A stretch of DNA of 51,735 nt from Octopus bimaculoides (taxonomy: Eukaryota), in contig NC_068994.1 in NCBI RefSeq assembly GCF_001194135.2, positions 1,780,199 through 1,831,933 of the forward strand. The letters are read 5' to 3'. Shown here in pieces: positions 50,894 to 51,735 of the stretch; the first letter of the stretch is position 1, and the number at the start of each line of letters is the position of its first letter. The translations under genes and the position numbers were made by a program. Below the pieces are notes generated by a model. The model was not told the DNA's origin and made no database searches. It saw only the letters and a list, made by a program, of their open reading frames with translations.

Positions 50894-51030
50894 ATGGGCT
50901 TTTTTCAGTGTTTGTCTACCAAATCCACTCACAAAGCTTTCATCAGCCCAAGGCTGAAGGTCCCACATGGCAGAATTGAACCTAGAACCATGAGGTTGGG
51001 GAGCAAGCTTCTCACCACACATCCACATCT
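50893..51030 (-). mobile_element. Family-B SINE, partially deleted
   Basis: atgggcttttttcagtgtttgtctaccaaatccactcacaaagcttt...ttgaacctagaaccatg...agcttctcaccacaca. Confidence 0.8.
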
Positions 51031-51246
51031 GCACATACGTTTATATGTACATGCCTGCATACACACATACATAAATACATACATAAAGCAAAACATACAA
51101 ATCTGCACATATACATGCATACATACATGCATACATACATACATACATACATACATACATACTTATGTACATCCATACACACATGTCTTTGTTGGAAACT
51201 GGCTCCTTCCTCAATGGTAGATTTATAATAATTAAAAAATAGAAGA

Positions 51247-51281
<35 letters not shown>

Positions 51282-51299
51282 CCATTGTATAAGCATCCA

Positions 51300-51605
51300 C
51301 TTTTCCATGCTTGCATGAGTCTGGCAGAGTTTAGTGAAGCAGATTTTCAACAGCCTGATGCCCTTCCTCTTGGCAACTCTCACCTGTTTCCAAGCAAGCT
51401 AATATTTTCCCAGGACCAAGCATGTTTTCTGCAGAATATTGGAAATCACTGCAACTGTTTCTACGACTCTGACATTCATTTACAACCTTCATGCTGTAAA
51501 TGACAAGGAGACACAAACATGTTTGTACACATAATACACACTGTGGGATTGAACCCAGAATCATGTGGTTGGGATGCAAACTTCTTGACCACACACCTCA
51601 TACCT
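51300..51605 (-). mobile_element. Family-D repeat followed by a family-B SINE head
   Basis: gatgcccttcct...ctcacctgtttccaagc (family D); gggattgaacccagaatcatgtggttggg...gaccacac (family B). Confidence 0.7.
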
Positions 51606-51735
51606 GCATATATATATGTGTGTGTGTGTATGTGTGTGCACATACACAAACAGACACACATGCACTCACACACACACACATATACATACATATATATATA
51701 TTTATGTTTTCTTTTACTTGTTTCAGTAATTAGAC

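Larger units (their letters stand above)
1..51735. repeat. Window-wide microsatellites ((TA)n, (CA)n, (TACA)n, (GATA)n, (CT)n, (CAT)n, (TGC)n) and 15 N-gaps
   Basis: Direct reading. 12 of the 15 gaps touch a microsatellite on at least one side. Confidence 0.95.

Noticed and set aside
2318-51733. Dozens of ORFs rich in YI/CV/HT/IHT repeats or spanning N-runs
   Set aside because: They are translations of (TA)n, (CA)n and (TACA)n microsatellites and gaps, with no protein signal.

Overview
This is animal genomic DNA that is AT-rich, dense in microsatellites and broken by 15 N-gaps. The protocadherin type and the SINE/transposon content suggest a coleoid cephalopod, probably Octopus (inference). 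The window is part of a minus-strand tandem protocadherin array with three units. Pcdh-B is a large exon (48419-45966) encoding signal peptide, EC1-EC4 start, a gap, TM and the start of the cytoplasmic domain. Pcdh-A (861/849 to <1) is an open N-terminal portion that runs off the window and is absent from the ORF track. Between them is an ectodomain-less fragment (~38120-37477) that shares a 128-bp tract with Pcdh-B at 127/128 identity. Both full exons have a splice acceptor just upstream of the ATG, and Pcdh-B ends in a phase-0 GTAAGT donor. I found no recognisable downstream coding exon in the 45 kb before Pcdh-A. This raises, but does not prove, a cassette or variable-exon architecture. The rest is decayed mobile DNA (DD37D/maT and mariner transposons, CR1/L2-like and RTE LINEs, a Penelope GIY-YIG remnant, several tRNA-SINE families), minisatellites and microsatellites. 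Most ORFs in the track are microsatellite noise. All translations and alignments were done by eye and no databases were searched.
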